64,000 nt of DNA, taken from the NCBI GenBank assembly GCA_951406725.2, contig OX597814.1, positions 17,732,001 through 17,796,000 of the forward strand, written 5' to 3'. Below are positions 43,191-58,174 of the stretch, in pieces. The DNA comes from Octopus vulgaris (lineage: Eukaryota). Below the pieces are notes generated by a model. The model ran no database searches and was not told the DNA's origin. It was given only the letters and a program-made list of their open reading frames with translations. A program made the position numbers and the translations under genes. The first letter of the stretch is position 1. Every line of letters starts with the position of its first letter.

Positions 43191-43400
43191 GTTGTTGTTG
43201 TTGTTGTTATTATTATTATTATTATATAATATTACAAATTATATTACCCACAAATGTGGTTTAATTATTATATCTACGATGATGTGACGACAATGATGAT
43301 GGTTATCCCTCACCATCACCAGCACCACCAGCACCACCGCCGCCACCACCGCCGCCATCTCACTAACAACGACAGCAACAACAGAACTGACAATAATAAT
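41596..43400. repeat. Tandem segmental duplication, unit ~950 bp (41596-42486 and 42548-43400), each starting with a minus-strand family B SINE
   Basis: Unique sequence (cgaggtctttctcc..., aaaatattcatgcatcagatttctc..., atattacccacaaatgtgg...) repeated collinearly; differs by SNPs and microsatellite lengths. Confidence 0.93.
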
Positions 43401-43413
43401 GAATAATAATAAC

Positions 43414-43457
<44 letters not shown>

Positions 43458-43500
43458 TGATGATGATAATAATAATGATAATAATAATAACAATAATAAC

Positions 43501-43593
<93 letters not shown>

Positions 43594-43606
43594 AATAATA
43601 ATAATG

Positions 43607-43638
<32 letters not shown>

Positions 43639-43716
43639 AATAATAATAACAATAATAATAATAATAATAATAATGATAATAATAATAATAATAACAATAA
43701 CAACAACAACAACAAC

Positions 43717-43752
<36 letters not shown>

Positions 43753-43766
43753 TAATAATAATAATA

Positions 43767-43801
<35 letters not shown>

Positions 43802-43846
43802 AATAATAATAATGATAATAATAATGATAATGATAATGATAATAAT
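43395..43846. repeat. (AAT)/(GAT)/(AAC) compound microsatellite
   Basis: Direct reading. Confidence 0.95.
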
Positions 43847-44340
43847 ATTTGCATATTTTTTTGTAGCGCACAAATCCACACGAGAAGGGAAATATGTTTT
43901 CTCACCCCTTCACTTTCATATGATAATTCGTAATGAAGTTGTCAAAGTTATTAGAACGCACGAACGATTTTTTGTTTGAATATGATGCATATATGCATAT
44001 ATGCATCGTATGTTAGCATGATTTCACTTTCACCACGACGCTACTGCCGCCGCCACCTCGATACACGGCGTAATCATAAAAATCTATGTTGATAACATCA
44101 CTACCACAGACAGACAGACATAATAACGAAACTACCTCCGAACTAATAACCCTCCCCCCGACTATACCAGCGTTATACTCCCACCAATACAACAAAATGA
44201 CAACAGTAATAAAAAATCGCCACACAGCACCATCACCTGCACCTCCGCCACCGCCACCGCCGCCACTAAATTTTCCTCCTGTACTCGAAATATAAAGTAC
44301 GAAGTTTTCGCAATGGTGACAGCAATAACGAAATTGTTGT

Positions 44341-44392
<52 letters not shown>

Positions 44393-44450
44393 TCTACTAC
44401 TACTACTACTACTACTAATTCTGTATGAATGTATATATACATGCATATGC

Positions 44451-44486
<36 letters not shown>

Positions 44487-44508
44487 GTATATATATATGA
44501 TGTATATA

Positions 44509-44549
<41 letters not shown>

Positions 44550-45194
44550 ATATATATGTATATATATGTGTGTGTATTTATGTATATACACACATATACA
44601 TCTGTGTGTGTTTGTGTGTACTTATGCGATAGACTTCCTTGTTGTTTCAATCAACAAAACTTTCTTCACAAGTCTTTGATGGACGTGAGGTTATGAACGG
44701 AAACAAAAAAAAATCTTGTGAAAATGTCGCGGTGTAGGGATCGAACCCAGGTAGACTCATATTTATGAAATGAATTTCTAATCACGCAACCATATACGCG
44801 CTTTTACGCCCAGATTTCTGAAGTGGTTTTACAGTGATGTTCAGAACGTTATTCTTTTACATCAGGTATCGAATTTTATTGTATATATTTAGATATTGCC
44901 TAAACCATCGAAGTCTTCAGCATTTTAACTCTGATTATTTTCTGGATTAGACTTTTCTCTCGTTTTGATCATAGAATTCCGGATATATCTATTGTTCAGG
45001 AAGAAATATTACGACGATTTTTCTATCACTCCTCAAATAGGACATGCCGAATTAAAAAAAACAAAAAAAACATATCTGAAGCCATCGAGGTTTCCTTCAC
45101 ATACATGCTTGACCTGACCTAGATACATCATGTGTATCTAGGCTTGTTTCCTCAGAATTAACGAGAGCTTAAATAAGAACAAAGTCGAAAATTC

Positions 45195-45248
<54 letters not shown>

Positions 45249-45249
45249 C

Positions 45250-45287
<38 letters not shown>

Positions 45288-45369
45288 TAACAACAACAAC
45301 GATAACAACAACAACGATAATAATAATAATAGTAATAATAATAATAATAACAACAACAATAACAGTAAT

Positions 45370-45461
<92 letters not shown>

Positions 45462-45463
45462 CA

Positions 45464-46107
45464 ATAAATCATATTATCTCTAGCTGCCCAGTCCTGGCTA
45501 AGAAGGAATATATTCACAGACATGACAGAGTTGGAACCTACATACATTGGAAGCTATGCCAACATTATGGAATAACAACAGAAAAAAGATGGTATAGGCA
45601 CACACCAGAAAAGGTCACAGAAAACGAGAAAGCAACCATACTCTGGGATATGCCGATACACACAGATAGAGAAATTAAGGCCAACAGACCAGATATAGTT
45701 GTCAGAGATCATGAAGAAAAAAATGCTTTTTAATTGATGTATCAATACCGGCAGATGACAACGTGTCTCTAAAAGAAATGGAGAAACTCTCAAAATACAA
45801 AGACCTGGAAATAGAGGTAACTAGTATGTGGAATCTGAAAACAGAAACAATTCCTATCATAGTAGGTGCATTAGGCATGATAAAAAAATATTCAGACAAA
45901 TACATAACAAAAACACCAGGACTTACAAACACATATAACATACAGAAAATTGCACTACTAGGCACTGCCCACATCCTACGCAGAACACTTTCCATACAAT
46001 AACCATCAGAGCATCACAACAAATCACAGCACATACCCAAGGCACACAGAGCTGCGCTCGGTAGTGAAGTGAAAGCACGCTATAAAAATAAAAATAAAAC
46101 TACTGAA
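45464..46107 (+). mobile_element. 5'-truncated R4/Dong-type non-LTR retrotransposon (restriction-like endonuclease domain + 3' UTR) in (TAA)n
   Basis: Translates INHIISSCPVLAKKEYIHRHDRV...ILWDMPIHTDREIKANRPDIVV...CFLIDVSIP...KEMEKLSKYKDL...PIIVGALG...IQKIALLGTAHILRRTL (zinc-knuckle end, RHD, PD..D, KxxKY motifs); one frameshift in an A-run near 45720; stop 46002; TAA repeats on both sides. Confidence 0.93.
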
Positions 46108-46386
46108 TAATAATAATAATAATAATAACATCATCATCATCGTGGTCGTCATCATTATCATCATCATTGTTATTATAATCCCTATCTTCTTCCCATTTTG
46201 CTTCCATTTCTTTGCTAGTGTCGTCCCGACACCTGGGGCATAGAAATTCACTGTGGACATTTATAGGCCATTAAAATAAACATCCCAGATTGTTCATTTA
46301 CGAAGTCATGTGATAGAAAAAAGAGAAAGGAGAAAAGAAAAGGAAAAGAAATTATTATTATTATTATTATTATTATTATTGTTATT

Positions 46387-46424
<38 letters not shown>

Positions 46425-46489
46425 CAACAACAATAACAATAATAATAATGTTGTTGCTGTTGTTATCAACAACACCCCTAGCCAATATA

Positions 46490-46940
46490 ACCCCATGCCT
46501 AGAGAACTGAAATTAGCCAGTAAAAGGCTAACCATACTATTGAAAGAAGAAGACCAGATATAATTACTGAGGACAAAATATACAGTGTAAGATCATTCAC
46601 TATGAAAATACCTATGATGGCAATGTCAGTACTAAAGATATTGGGAAAACAGTTGAGAAATATCAAGATTTAGCCAGAGAGATGAGAAGGATTCTTAAGA
46701 CCAGCATTAGCAATTATTCCTGTAATAGTTGGTTCCCTTGGGTGTTGTGCAAGCTTAAAGTCTGAAAAACATTGGAATTGTAACTTTCATTGTCGACTCG
46801 CAGAAAAGTAACAGCTTATATTCTGCAAGAACTCTAAAAAAATTCTTAAGATTTGAGGAGACATGCTGACACCAAACCTCAAGATAAAACAGCTGGTAAC
46901 TAAATTAGCATGCACGAGCGAAATATTAACAATAATAATA
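46490..46940 (+). mobile_element. Second, older REL-endonuclease LINE 3' fragment of a different family
   Basis: Remnants HTIERRRPDII, VEKYQDLAREMRRI, IIPVIVGSLG with frameshifts; ends in aataataata and follows TAA-rich repeats. Confidence 0.7.
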
Positions 46941-48285
46941 ATCAGTTTGTAAAGCCTTGTTTTAAATTTCAGATGTTGAGAGGATTAGTGGATTAAGACA
47001 ACTATATTTACTTGATCGGTTTTTGCGTAATCATCTCTCAGTGGGAACGAAATGGAAATGTGAAATTGGTGGGAGTTGATCTCAGAAGGCAAAATACCAA
47101 AAAAACCTTACAAGTTGCTTAGTCAGCTTCTTTGACGATTCTGCCAAAATAAATAAGTATTTATTTTGAATAAATACTTATTTAAAATATGCAAAAATTG
47201 CTATACATATAATCCAACCTTTTTATTTATATATTTATCTATTTATTTATTGAGTTGTTATATATCGACGTTTATACGAAAAAGGATAAATAATTCGAAA
47301 ATATTGATCAAAGCTATAACGATTTGATTTTAAGAGTTGATCTGTTGATGTCTTTAGAAACTTACGTTGATATCTCAGAAGCAAACTCGTATCCCAAACG
47401 TTTCATTCATACTCAGATACAATCTCTTTCTCATTCTTTCTCTCTCTCTCTCTCTTAACTTATCTCTCTTTAACTCATAAACAATGAAACCTGTGAACAT
47501 GTTTCTCTTAAGGTAACCCGAAAGACACTTAACTGACACATATATGAACATACACACACTTTTGCCTACATGCATTCATTTGCATATACTAACGGGTATA
47601 TGATTCTATCTAGCTATCTTTCCCTTCCTCTCTCTTTCCTTAAATACATATACACACATATTTATATGTACGTGTGTGTGTCTGTGTGTGTGTGCACACA
47701 CATACAAATATATATAAGGCCAATGTATGCATGTGTGTTGATTCTTTTAAATAAACGTATAGATGTATATCACGACTGAAATATATTTCTAAGTACACAC
47801 GCCTGCAAATGCTTCTATACTTACATACATTTATACATATGCGCATGTATAATGCATATGAAACGCATCTGCATGCATGTGGGATTACGTTACAGACACA
47901 CACTCCCCCCCACACACACACACACATACACACACACACACAAACACACAAACACACTCATACAGCATCGCTGAGAAAAGCAACAAACATTTCCGGAATC
48001 TTACAGATATTTGCACGTATACATCGAAATACAAGTACACCTGAGACTGTATTTGCGCTTGTGGATGCCTAGAACGAGAAAAACAACAATTCCAGCAACA
48101 AATTTGCGTGCAGGCCATCTACAGTATAGGGGAAGTATGTAAATATACACGATCTTCTTTAAGTAAAGATGATATCAGTAAACACGTGCCAATACGTAAG
48201 ATCGATCACAGTTTATTCCAATGAATACTAACTTCTACCAGTGTGCTTCATTGTGCGTAGGCGTATGCACATGTATGCATGCCTA

Positions 48286-48355
<70 letters not shown>

Positions 48356-48424
48356 TGGACCACAGTGAGAGTGCATTTGAGTGTGTCAAGGATAGAAATG
48401 ATAGGAGCGTATTCATGTAATATA

Positions 48425-48439
48425 TATATACATACATAT

Positions 48440-48483
<44 letters not shown>

Positions 48484-48534
48484 CACAACTACATATATAA
48501 GTACGTATGCATGTATATATATATACATACATAT

Positions 48535-48565
<31 letters not shown>

Positions 48566-48618
48566 AGCACACCTACATATATAAGTACGTATGCATGTAT
48601 GTTTACATATATACATAC

Positions 48619-48687
<69 letters not shown>

Positions 48688-48725
48688 CACACCTACATAT
48701 ATAAGTACGTATGCATGTATATGGA
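48425..48725. repeat. Three-copy minisatellite (ataagcacacctacatatataagtacgtatgcatgtat + variable TA/CATA tract)
   Basis: Core repeated near 48479, 48563, 48683. Confidence 0.85.
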
Positions 48726-49185
48726 TGTATGTATATATATATATGTGTGTGTATGTGTGTGTGTGTGTCTGTGTGTATGATTTCTGTATGTGACTATATT
48801 TATGTGTGCATACGTATATGTTTATATATGTATAAGGTTAGATGTATATATTACGCACATACAGCACACAAATGCGTCTGTGTGTATACATGTCTTCGCA
48901 CAGTCTGACAATATACGTCAGTTTCAGTGCTGGCAATGTTTAGGCACATTGCATGCTTCTTTGGACAGACAAACAACATGAGGCCGGTGGATTCCTCCTG
49001 TGAAACCAACTAGCAGTAAAAATGATACACATGTTACTGTCATCTATCTGTCTATTTGCTCTGTGGGTCCACGTAATCTCGCCTTCTCTCTGTTCCCCTC
49101 TCTATCTCTCTCCCCACCCGCTCTCCACTACACTCTCTTTCTGTGTGTGTGTGTGTGTGTGCATGTTTGTGTGTGTGTGTGTGCA

Positions 49186-49227
<42 letters not shown>

Positions 49228-49299
49228 AACATATGCCCACACACACAAACATCAATACAAATATCTATCTGTCTGTTTTATCTACGCTTATTGCTCGTC

Positions 49300-49330
<31 letters not shown>

Positions 49331-49359
49331 TAGATATGTGTGTTTATGCTTGTATATAC

Positions 49360-49446
<87 letters not shown>

Positions 49447-49714
49447 CCAGTGTACGTGCATATATATATATGCATCGATAACACATATGCACGTATATAA
49501 TATGTTGGTGTGTGCGTATGAATATATATATATATATATATACAAACACATGAATATGTATATATTTATGTGTATATACGCATAGGTATGCACACGCATA
49601 TACATATATGATGATGCTGGTATATATACATATATATATATATACGTTTGTAATGTATATATGTGTAAATATATATCGACATATACATATATATATATGT
49701 ACATATATACTTAC

Positions 49715-49765
<51 letters not shown>

Positions 49766-50173
49766 CATGCATCCATACATATATACATATATGCATATAT
49801 ATATAAAAGTTGTATGATGGATAGGTTTTCACTGGTGCGTATATCAAATTATCTCCACTAATTTATCATTATATCAGTATCTTTTAGTATCACTCGTATC
49901 AATATCTCCCATCTGATATCGCTTCTGTATATGTCTGTACTATCGTGTATGTATGGGAGCGTTTGTGTGCAACCATGTGTTTACTCGCCAATGAATATAT
50001 GCTTTTAGGCGCGTCTGTACTTCTGTAAACTGTAACTATGTATGGAGTGTAATCGTTGAAATATCTCAAATAACAACCTAACTTCCTTTAAGAGATATTG
50101 AAAATTTGAGGTCAGAAATATCTTTGTTGAAGACACGTACTGTACTTCGGTAAAGTACAGAAATATATATATG

Positions 50174-50298
<125 letters not shown>

Positions 50299-50305
50299 GT
50301 ATATA

Positions 50306-50346
<41 letters not shown>

Positions 50347-50807
50347 GTATGTATGTATCTATATGTATATATTAATTTACTGAATTTTCAGAACCATTAT
50401 GAAAGCACCTGTTTGCGCATGAGTGTGCGTGCATGTGTACGCGCGTGCGTGCGTGCGTGGTATTTGTGTGCGTCTGGTCATGTATGAGTGCGTATGTGCG
50501 TTCGTCTGTGTATTTGTGTGCTTCCATGCGTCTGAGTGTGTGTACCTTGTCCTTTGAAAGTCTCAAAAGCATTAATATTCAAGTCAGCGAGACAATCACA
50601 TCTACTTAGCTAAAAGGACTAGCTAGAAATAGCAGCCAAAAACTCAACGAATTCGTATCCGACCATCTTTAGAAATGGTGGCCCAAGAAAGATTATGATT
50701 TTAAATGTGTGTGTGCGTGCATGCACATGCATGTTTATTCATATGTGTTCGCGCGTTTGCGTGTCTGATTTTGTGTTCGTGCAAGTGTATGAATGAGTGC
50801 GTTATTA

Positions 50808-50863
<56 letters not shown>

Positions 50864-51155
50864 TGGCTGTTTGGTAAGTAGCTTGCTTACCAGCCACATG
50901 GTTCCGGGTTCAGTCCCACTGCGTGGCATCTTGGGCAAGTGTCTTCTGCTATAGCCCCGGGCCGACCAATGCCTTGTGAGTGGATTTGGTAGACGGAAAC
51001 TGAAAGAAGCCTGTAGTATATATGTATATATATATATGTATGTATGTGTGTGTGTTTGTCCCCCTAACATTGCTTGACAACCGATGCTGGTGTGTTTACG
51101 TCCCCGTCACTTAGCGGTTCAGCATGGCCGCAGTCAAATGACTGAAACAAGTAAA
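50864..51155 (+). mobile_element. SINE family A with 3' internal deletion
   Basis: ggctgtttggtaagtagcttgc...cttagcggttc|agcatggccgcagtc. Confidence 0.9.
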
Positions 51156-51854
51156 TTATTAGAATTATTAGAGTATCATCATTATTATTATTATTGCCTG
51201 GAATCGAACTCGAAATCTTGGGGGTTGTAGTCCGCTCTCTTAATCACTTCGCCATGATTATAATAGCATCGAAAAAATACCTTAGTGAAACAACAACACC
51301 TCAGACTGTTGGTACGATCGAACGGTCTATAAAAAATAAGTATCAGTCGAGAACTGGGGTCGATGTAGTCACTCTTTCTCTTCCCGCAGAATTTGCAGTA
51401 CGGTGATTCTGTACTTACGTTGCTATTTAGCAATAGGTGACACAGCAGGCGAAACAAACGGGCGCCGGACATAATAATACTTTACGCTGTTTTAAAATGT
51501 TATTTTCCACACTGTGTGCAAGGCTCAGGTCGATCTTGATTTTCCTAAGGCTAAATACAATAAGTACTAAATAACAGATTCGAGATGACTGAATATTCTC
51601 GCCTATAAAAAAGAGCTACCATATATCAACGTTAAGAATTATTATTTATTCCACCGTTAAAAATGAGACCTATGATCAACGGCGCTCCCGCCAAGACCCT
51701 ATTGACTTTTATGTCAGGCATAGTGCATCTAGAACTATATTAATGAATTACTTCAATCCCTTCTTGCTTCTTTTAAATAGAAGGGTTTTTATTTAAACGC
51801 CATTTGTTTTAGTTTTCGTTTAGACATGTTCATTCTTCAAAATTATAAAAATGT

Positions 51855-52024
51855 GTGTGTTTACGTCCCCGTCACTTAGCGGTTCGGCAAAAGAGACCGA
51901 TAGGATAAGTACTGGGCTTACAAAGAATAAGTCCCGGGGTCGAGTTGCTCGACTAAAGGCGGTGCCCCAGCATGGCCGCAGTCAAATGACTGAAACAAGT
52001 AAAAGAGTAAAAGAGTAAAAGAGT
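51855..52024 (+). mobile_element. SINE family A 3' part
   Basis: gtgtttacgtccccgtcacttagcgg...(aaaagagt)3. Confidence 0.9.
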
Positions 52025-52430
52025 GTTGTCATTTATCGAAAGAACAACTTTTAATTTCTTCGTTATCCTAAGAATAACGAATATGTGGTAAAGCACTGAC
52101 TGATATTTATAAGATATTATAGCTATATTTTATTACATTACGAATTGCAAATATTAGTCTGTCTTTGTTCACAGAAGTTTTATATGATAAATTTTTATCA
52201 ATACAAAGATGGTTGTATTGTACATTATCTAGAGAAGAGTACATGTGCAGAAATGCGGTATATATAATTCTATGTTCATTTGTATGCACCGATGTACATA
52301 CACACAAACGCACTCACGCACGCACACATGTAAGCGTGTGTGTGTGTGTGTGTGTGTGTGAATGATATATACATAAATACGTCCATATAATTCTATATAA
52401 ATGTGTGCATTTATATGTATACATTCGCGA

Positions 52431-52498
<68 letters not shown>

Positions 52499-52500
<2 letters not shown>

Positions 52501-52705
52501 GGAGAATTCACAAGAAACAAAAAACAAATGACAAAGACAGGTGGTGAAGACAACAGACAGTTGTATTTCTATAACGCTCGAGAAGTGAAAAAGTCTTTAA
52601 CGTTTCGAGCCTACGCTCTTCCACCGTAAGGAATACAGTAAGAAACATGGAAAGAAAATAAAAAATTGTGTAGTGGCTTGCGATCTATCATGGCGAATGC
52701 CGGAC
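52499..52705 (-). mobile_element. Penelope-like terminal repeat (family E2) between (TA)n tracts
   Basis: Minus strand CTTA-CGGTGGA-A-GAGC-gtag-GCTC-GAAAC-GTT-AAAG at 52595-52630; homologous to 20500-20650. Confidence 0.55.
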
Positions 52706-52867
52706 ATATATATATATTATGTAAAAACATATATATGACAGAGTATGAGATAGACAGACTGACAGACAGAGAGACAGCCCGACTGAGAGATAGACAGACA
52801 GATAGAGAGACAGATAAATAGATAGATAGATGGATGAATAGGCAGACAGACAGACAGACAGACAGAC

Positions 52868-52931
<64 letters not shown>

Positions 52932-53395
52932 GGAAAGAAGAAACTTAGTTTGAATTTCTTCCATATCACTTTCTGCTTCATTTATCTTCCATCAAGATAC
53001 TTCAGCATCCTTTACTCGCCTCTCTTTCTCTCTTTCTCTCTCCCTCTCTCATTTAAACCACTATTTTGCCATACACACACTCATGCGCACACATACACAC
53101 ATATATGCGCACATGCACAAACATGAGGACATTCTCATAATCACACACTTGCACACGCACGCACGCACGTACACATAAAGCAGAACCACTTGGCTTCGTT
53201 TCCATTCTTCTAGTCTATCAGTGCCACTCACTCTTACATCAGGCTAATTGCTTGTAATCTCTGATCTCCGAATTTCCTTAATCCAGACTTCAAATCGAGA
53301 CGTGCTTCTTTCCCCTTCTATCTCTTTCCTCTTCTCTCTTTTCTCTTTCTCTTTTTCTCTTTCCTCTATCACTTTCTTTCTCTCTCTCCTTTTCA

Positions 53396-53433
<38 letters not shown>

Positions 53434-53458
53434 CAGTCTCTCGGTATATGGAACTTCC

Positions 53459-53511
<53 letters not shown>

Positions 53512-54897
53512 TTATCTTCTACTTCACTCCACTCCTCCTTTCCTATACTTTCTTCTTCTCATCTCCCCTTCTCCCCCCCTCTCAAATTCTACTTCTCAAT
53601 TCTCTATAGTGGTATATGCGAAAGTGTCTGGTCTTGTGTGTGTGTGTGTGTGTGTGGCGTATTTCTTTCTCTGCGAGCTTTAGCTATCATTTCCAAAGTT
53701 CAGCTGGAATTAAAGATTCTCCAATGTTTATCTCTGATAGACAGGCGGGCGGACGAAAAGATACGTGGTAGTGGTGATGGTGGTGGTTGTGGTGATGGTG
53801 GTGGTGTTGGCGATGGTAGCGGCGAGAGCGTTGGTAGAAGCGAAGCTGTACGTAGATATACGGATAGATAAGTCGAAGAAACAGAAGGAAAGATGGATGG
53901 ATAAATGGCTGACTGACTGGATTGCTAGACGGTTGGATGGTTAGCTGGATAGAGGGGATGGTTTGGTGGTTGTGGGGCTGGGCGTAGATGGATGGGTACA
54001 TTTGAACAGATCGATAGATATTTTGGCAAAATGTATGCATGTAGGTATATGTCTATGCACGCACGCATATATGCAAGCATTTGTTCGTAAAATAAGACTT
54101 GCAAATGGAAAGTAAGGAATTCAAGCATTTAACAATGAATAAGTCACTAAATTAGATATATATATCCATACATATACGCATACATGTACATGTGTATGTT
54201 TATGTGTCTGCGCGAGCACGTGCGTGCGTGTGTATGTGTGTGTTTGCTTGTGTGCTGATGTTATTCTCTGTTGTTACTGAGGTTTCCATGAATCTTTGCT
54301 GAATACTCATTAGATAAAATAGAAAAATATATAAATGAATTAATATAGTCCGTTAAAATAATACATCGTAATACAGTTCCATTCTCATTTTACGCCAAAG
54401 AACCAGGAAACGAAACACTGGACCTATTCTAAAAAAAAGTATCCGTAATACAGATGGGATATTCCGCATTGCATTATGGGTTTGAAATGCTGTACTGAGT
54501 AAAACCCATTATATTTGCACATTGTTATAGGTGAATTATTTCTATTAAATAGTTAGAAATAGAGAGGCTGATAGCCTGACAAGCATAATATAAGAACAAA
54601 ATCTGGGAGGAAATTTAGAGGTTATAATAGAAATGGTTATGGGAGATCGGTGAGGTGAAAATTGTCAACGAGTATGTCTGTCATAGATCACAGTTCGGTC
54701 AGGTATGTTTCTTAGAATAGAAGGTTGAAACTAAGAAAGCATTGAGGACTCAGCGGTTTCCAACATGCATACATATAACTGAGTGTAGCATTTTGTGAGA
54801 CATGGCGATTTATTTCTGTATGTGTGTAAGTGAAAGTGTGAGTGCATGCGAGTGTGCATGTTGCATGGTGTTCGTATGTATGTATGGATGTTTGTAT

Positions 54898-54935
<38 letters not shown>

Positions 54936-55479
54936 TGTTGTAAACAACATGTAAATGCTAGCTTTTCCTGCTTAAAACAAAAAATTACTCAAAACACTCG
55001 CTTGAAGCATTGCTGCTGTTTTTGGAATCTCCCTCCTCTGTCTTCATGTATCTACAAACACGCGTACGCACACATATACACACATATACACACATACATA
55101 CACATACATACACATACACGTGCACACACATACTCTACTTTCTGGGCATTTTCCTTTTTCACCATATCTTCTCCCTCCCCTACACATTGCGTGTTTCCGT
55201 TGCATTTTTTGAATATGCAAGTTCTGTATACATATCTTTGTTATAGTTGGGATGTATCTATCATTCATAGAGAGATACTTTGAAAGCCCTCAAGTTAAAT
55301 ATATAACTAGCAAGTAAACAGACAGGTTCCTAACTATATAGTGGGTGGTGATTTCACACTCATGTGCCATGCAATTGATCAAATAAAACAGAAATAAAAG
55401 AACTGGGATCACACATATAGTGAGTTACGAAGAAACAACATTGTACTTCTTTGTCTACCATGTATTACGATGTAGTTAC

Positions 55480-55775
55480 CGTGTGGCCAAATGGTTAGGG
55501 CGTTAGCTTTGCAGCTTCGAGATCCCGTTTTCGAATCCGCAGCATGGCATATGAAAATATAGCTTTTTCTACAGCTCCCGATCGATTTATAGAGGGTGGG
55601 ACACGCTTAAGTAGCCCGGATTCCGTAGCCTAATTGACTATCACCGTTCTCCAAAATCGCTGGCTTTGCGCCGGCTTTGTGCAATTGCGTGGCACCTTGG
55701 GCAAGTGTCTTCTTCTGACCTCGGGTTGACCAAAGCCTTGTGACCTTGTTAGTGGATTTGGTAGACAGAAACGAT
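55480..55775 (+). mobile_element. Degenerate SINE head plus family A fragment
   Basis: tggccaaatggttagggcg...ttcgaatcc; gcgtggcaccttgggcaagtgtcttc...gtggatttggtagac. Confidence 0.65.
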
Positions 55776-56014
55776 CTTTGTGGTTTTCGTCACTATTTAC
55801 AGTTTTGTTCCAATTATTTTCAAATTTGGTATATGGGTAAAGTCTTGTATACTAATTATGAAAATAAAATTCATAGTAACCAAAGATGCTGAACCAAAGG
55901 GGTCAGCTAGTTTATTTCATAAAATCTTCGAGTGTATTGCAAACTTTCGGTCTTGAATTTTTTAATGAATAAATGAATAAATGTCTATTTTAAACAATAT
56001 TTTGACTGTTATTT

Positions 56015-56055
<41 letters not shown>

Positions 56056-56112
56056 CAGGCAAGCAGACAGACAGATAGATAGATATACAGATATATAGAC
56101 AGACAGACAGAC

Positions 56113-56191
<79 letters not shown>

Positions 56192-56644
56192 CGTCAGTTT
56201 TAGTAGTGTTGTTGATATAATTGTATTTCGACCCGGGAGGTCCATCTTTGTTGCTGTTGGTTTCCTATTATCATTAATTCTACCACCGGGGTCAGAATAA
56301 TATGTTATTCGGAATGTAAATCTGCGTACGTTGAATACGTGTGCTTGAAATATGTGTCTGTGTGTGTGAGTGTTTGTGTGTATGAATTCGTATGTGTTAA
56401 GGGCTTTGGAAAATACAGCTTTCCTTTGTTAAGTCTGTATTTTTAAAGCTGAGCCTCTTCATATTGTACCCTTCGTTTTTTGTTTTTTTTTATCAGTGCG
56501 TATGTATGTGTACGTTGATATTATACTTTGGGTTTATGATGCCTGCTAACATTTGTGACACTCGCTTACACACATATATACATGTATAGGTACGTACACA
56601 AAGGTAAAGCATTGTTATATGCATTGTACGTGTGTGTGTGTGTT

Positions 56645-56675
<31 letters not shown>

Positions 56676-58174
56676 ATGTTTGTTTGTTTGTGTGTGTGGT
56701 TTGTGTGTGTGTAGTAATCAGAGGATCCTAGTTTGTTCTTATTTTCTGTTAGATTAGAGGCGTCGGTAAAATTTTCCCTACGGTAAAATTTCTTCCTGCT
56801 CTTTGTAATTCTGAGTTCAAATCTTGCCGAAGTCAACTTTGCCCTTCATTCATCAGGTATTGATAAAATAAAGTACTTATAAATTTATTGGAGCAATTTA
56901 GTCGACTAATCCTTTTCTTTAAAATGTCTAGCCATGGACTCAGAGCAATGCATATGGAGTAACTTTACATTAAGGAGTGGAGCATACAATTTCCTGTAAT
57001 TCCCATAATTCAGACTACCCCATGATCCTAGCAGACAAAATGGAATAGGCGTGACCAACCCGCTTCCTGTTTTGTTTTTTTTTTTGCCTTTTGACGAAAT
57101 CTAGCTAAGAGTACATTATCCAGTGTAGGCCTTTCTGTATTTAAGGCTTTTCTTGTTTAAAATTTATTCTAAAATGTTCTTTAAAGGGATATGGCTATTA
57201 TTTCTAGCAAGTCAATCTGACAATTTTCTTTCATTTTTTTTCCCCCTAAAATCTGCTTAATCCGGGTAGAAAGTAGTGCCAGTATTTCTTTACAGGGTAT
57301 TTGAGATTTGTGTGAAGAGAGAAAGATATCCTCAGACCAGTAATCCGGGCTGAATGTCAGTAACAAAGTACTCAAGGTACCCAGATGATTTTTAACAAAG
57401 GGACAAATGAAATCTATTACTCGAGATTAACAAGAGCAAACCCTGAATAACTGATTGGGACTATATGTGAAAAGCTGCATGATGTTGTTGTCATTGTTGA
57501 TGATAAGCCCCAAGATATTTTATACAGTGTTTTGAGTCGTTTCTTTTCTTTGTTTCTTTACATAAAAAGTACAGCAAAAACTATATTTATTCTGGGGTGA
57601 AGTGAACTCCTCGAAGCTTTCAGGAGAAGCTCTTAAGGGCATCACTGCATCAGTGAAGATCCTTCTTTCAAACTGTTGCAATTCATTCACTTACATAGTT
57701 TCGGAATTCTATTTGTTCATATTTAATCAAATACCAATACCAGCAAACACACGCGCGCGCAATACACACATACACACTCACAAACGCACGTAAACGATCG
57801 TACGTACTCTCTCACTACGAATAATTTTCCGCTATATGAGACTTTTCACGCAACAAGAATGATAGCCTGGAGGAGGAGGATTTCGTATAACGAGAAAGTG
57901 AGTACGAAGGGTGTAATATTTCAAGATTAAAACGATTACATACAGAAACAGAGAGATGCGCGCGCGAATATATGTGTGTCAGCCCAAGTCCTCATTTTTT
58001 TTTTTTTAAAGCCTGGTATTCATTCTAATGAACACTTATGTCGAACTGCTTGGTTACATGGCCGTAAACATACCAACACCTGTTGAAAAGCGGCAACAGA
58101 GAGACAAACACAGAGACAATGACACGCATATATATTCTTATCAGTTTCGCCAACCGAATAGGCTCACATGCTAA

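Noticed and set aside
48425-48725. Repeat-spacer-like array
   Set aside because: Spacers are related TA/CATA microsatellites in eukaryotic DNA; a minisatellite, not CRISPR
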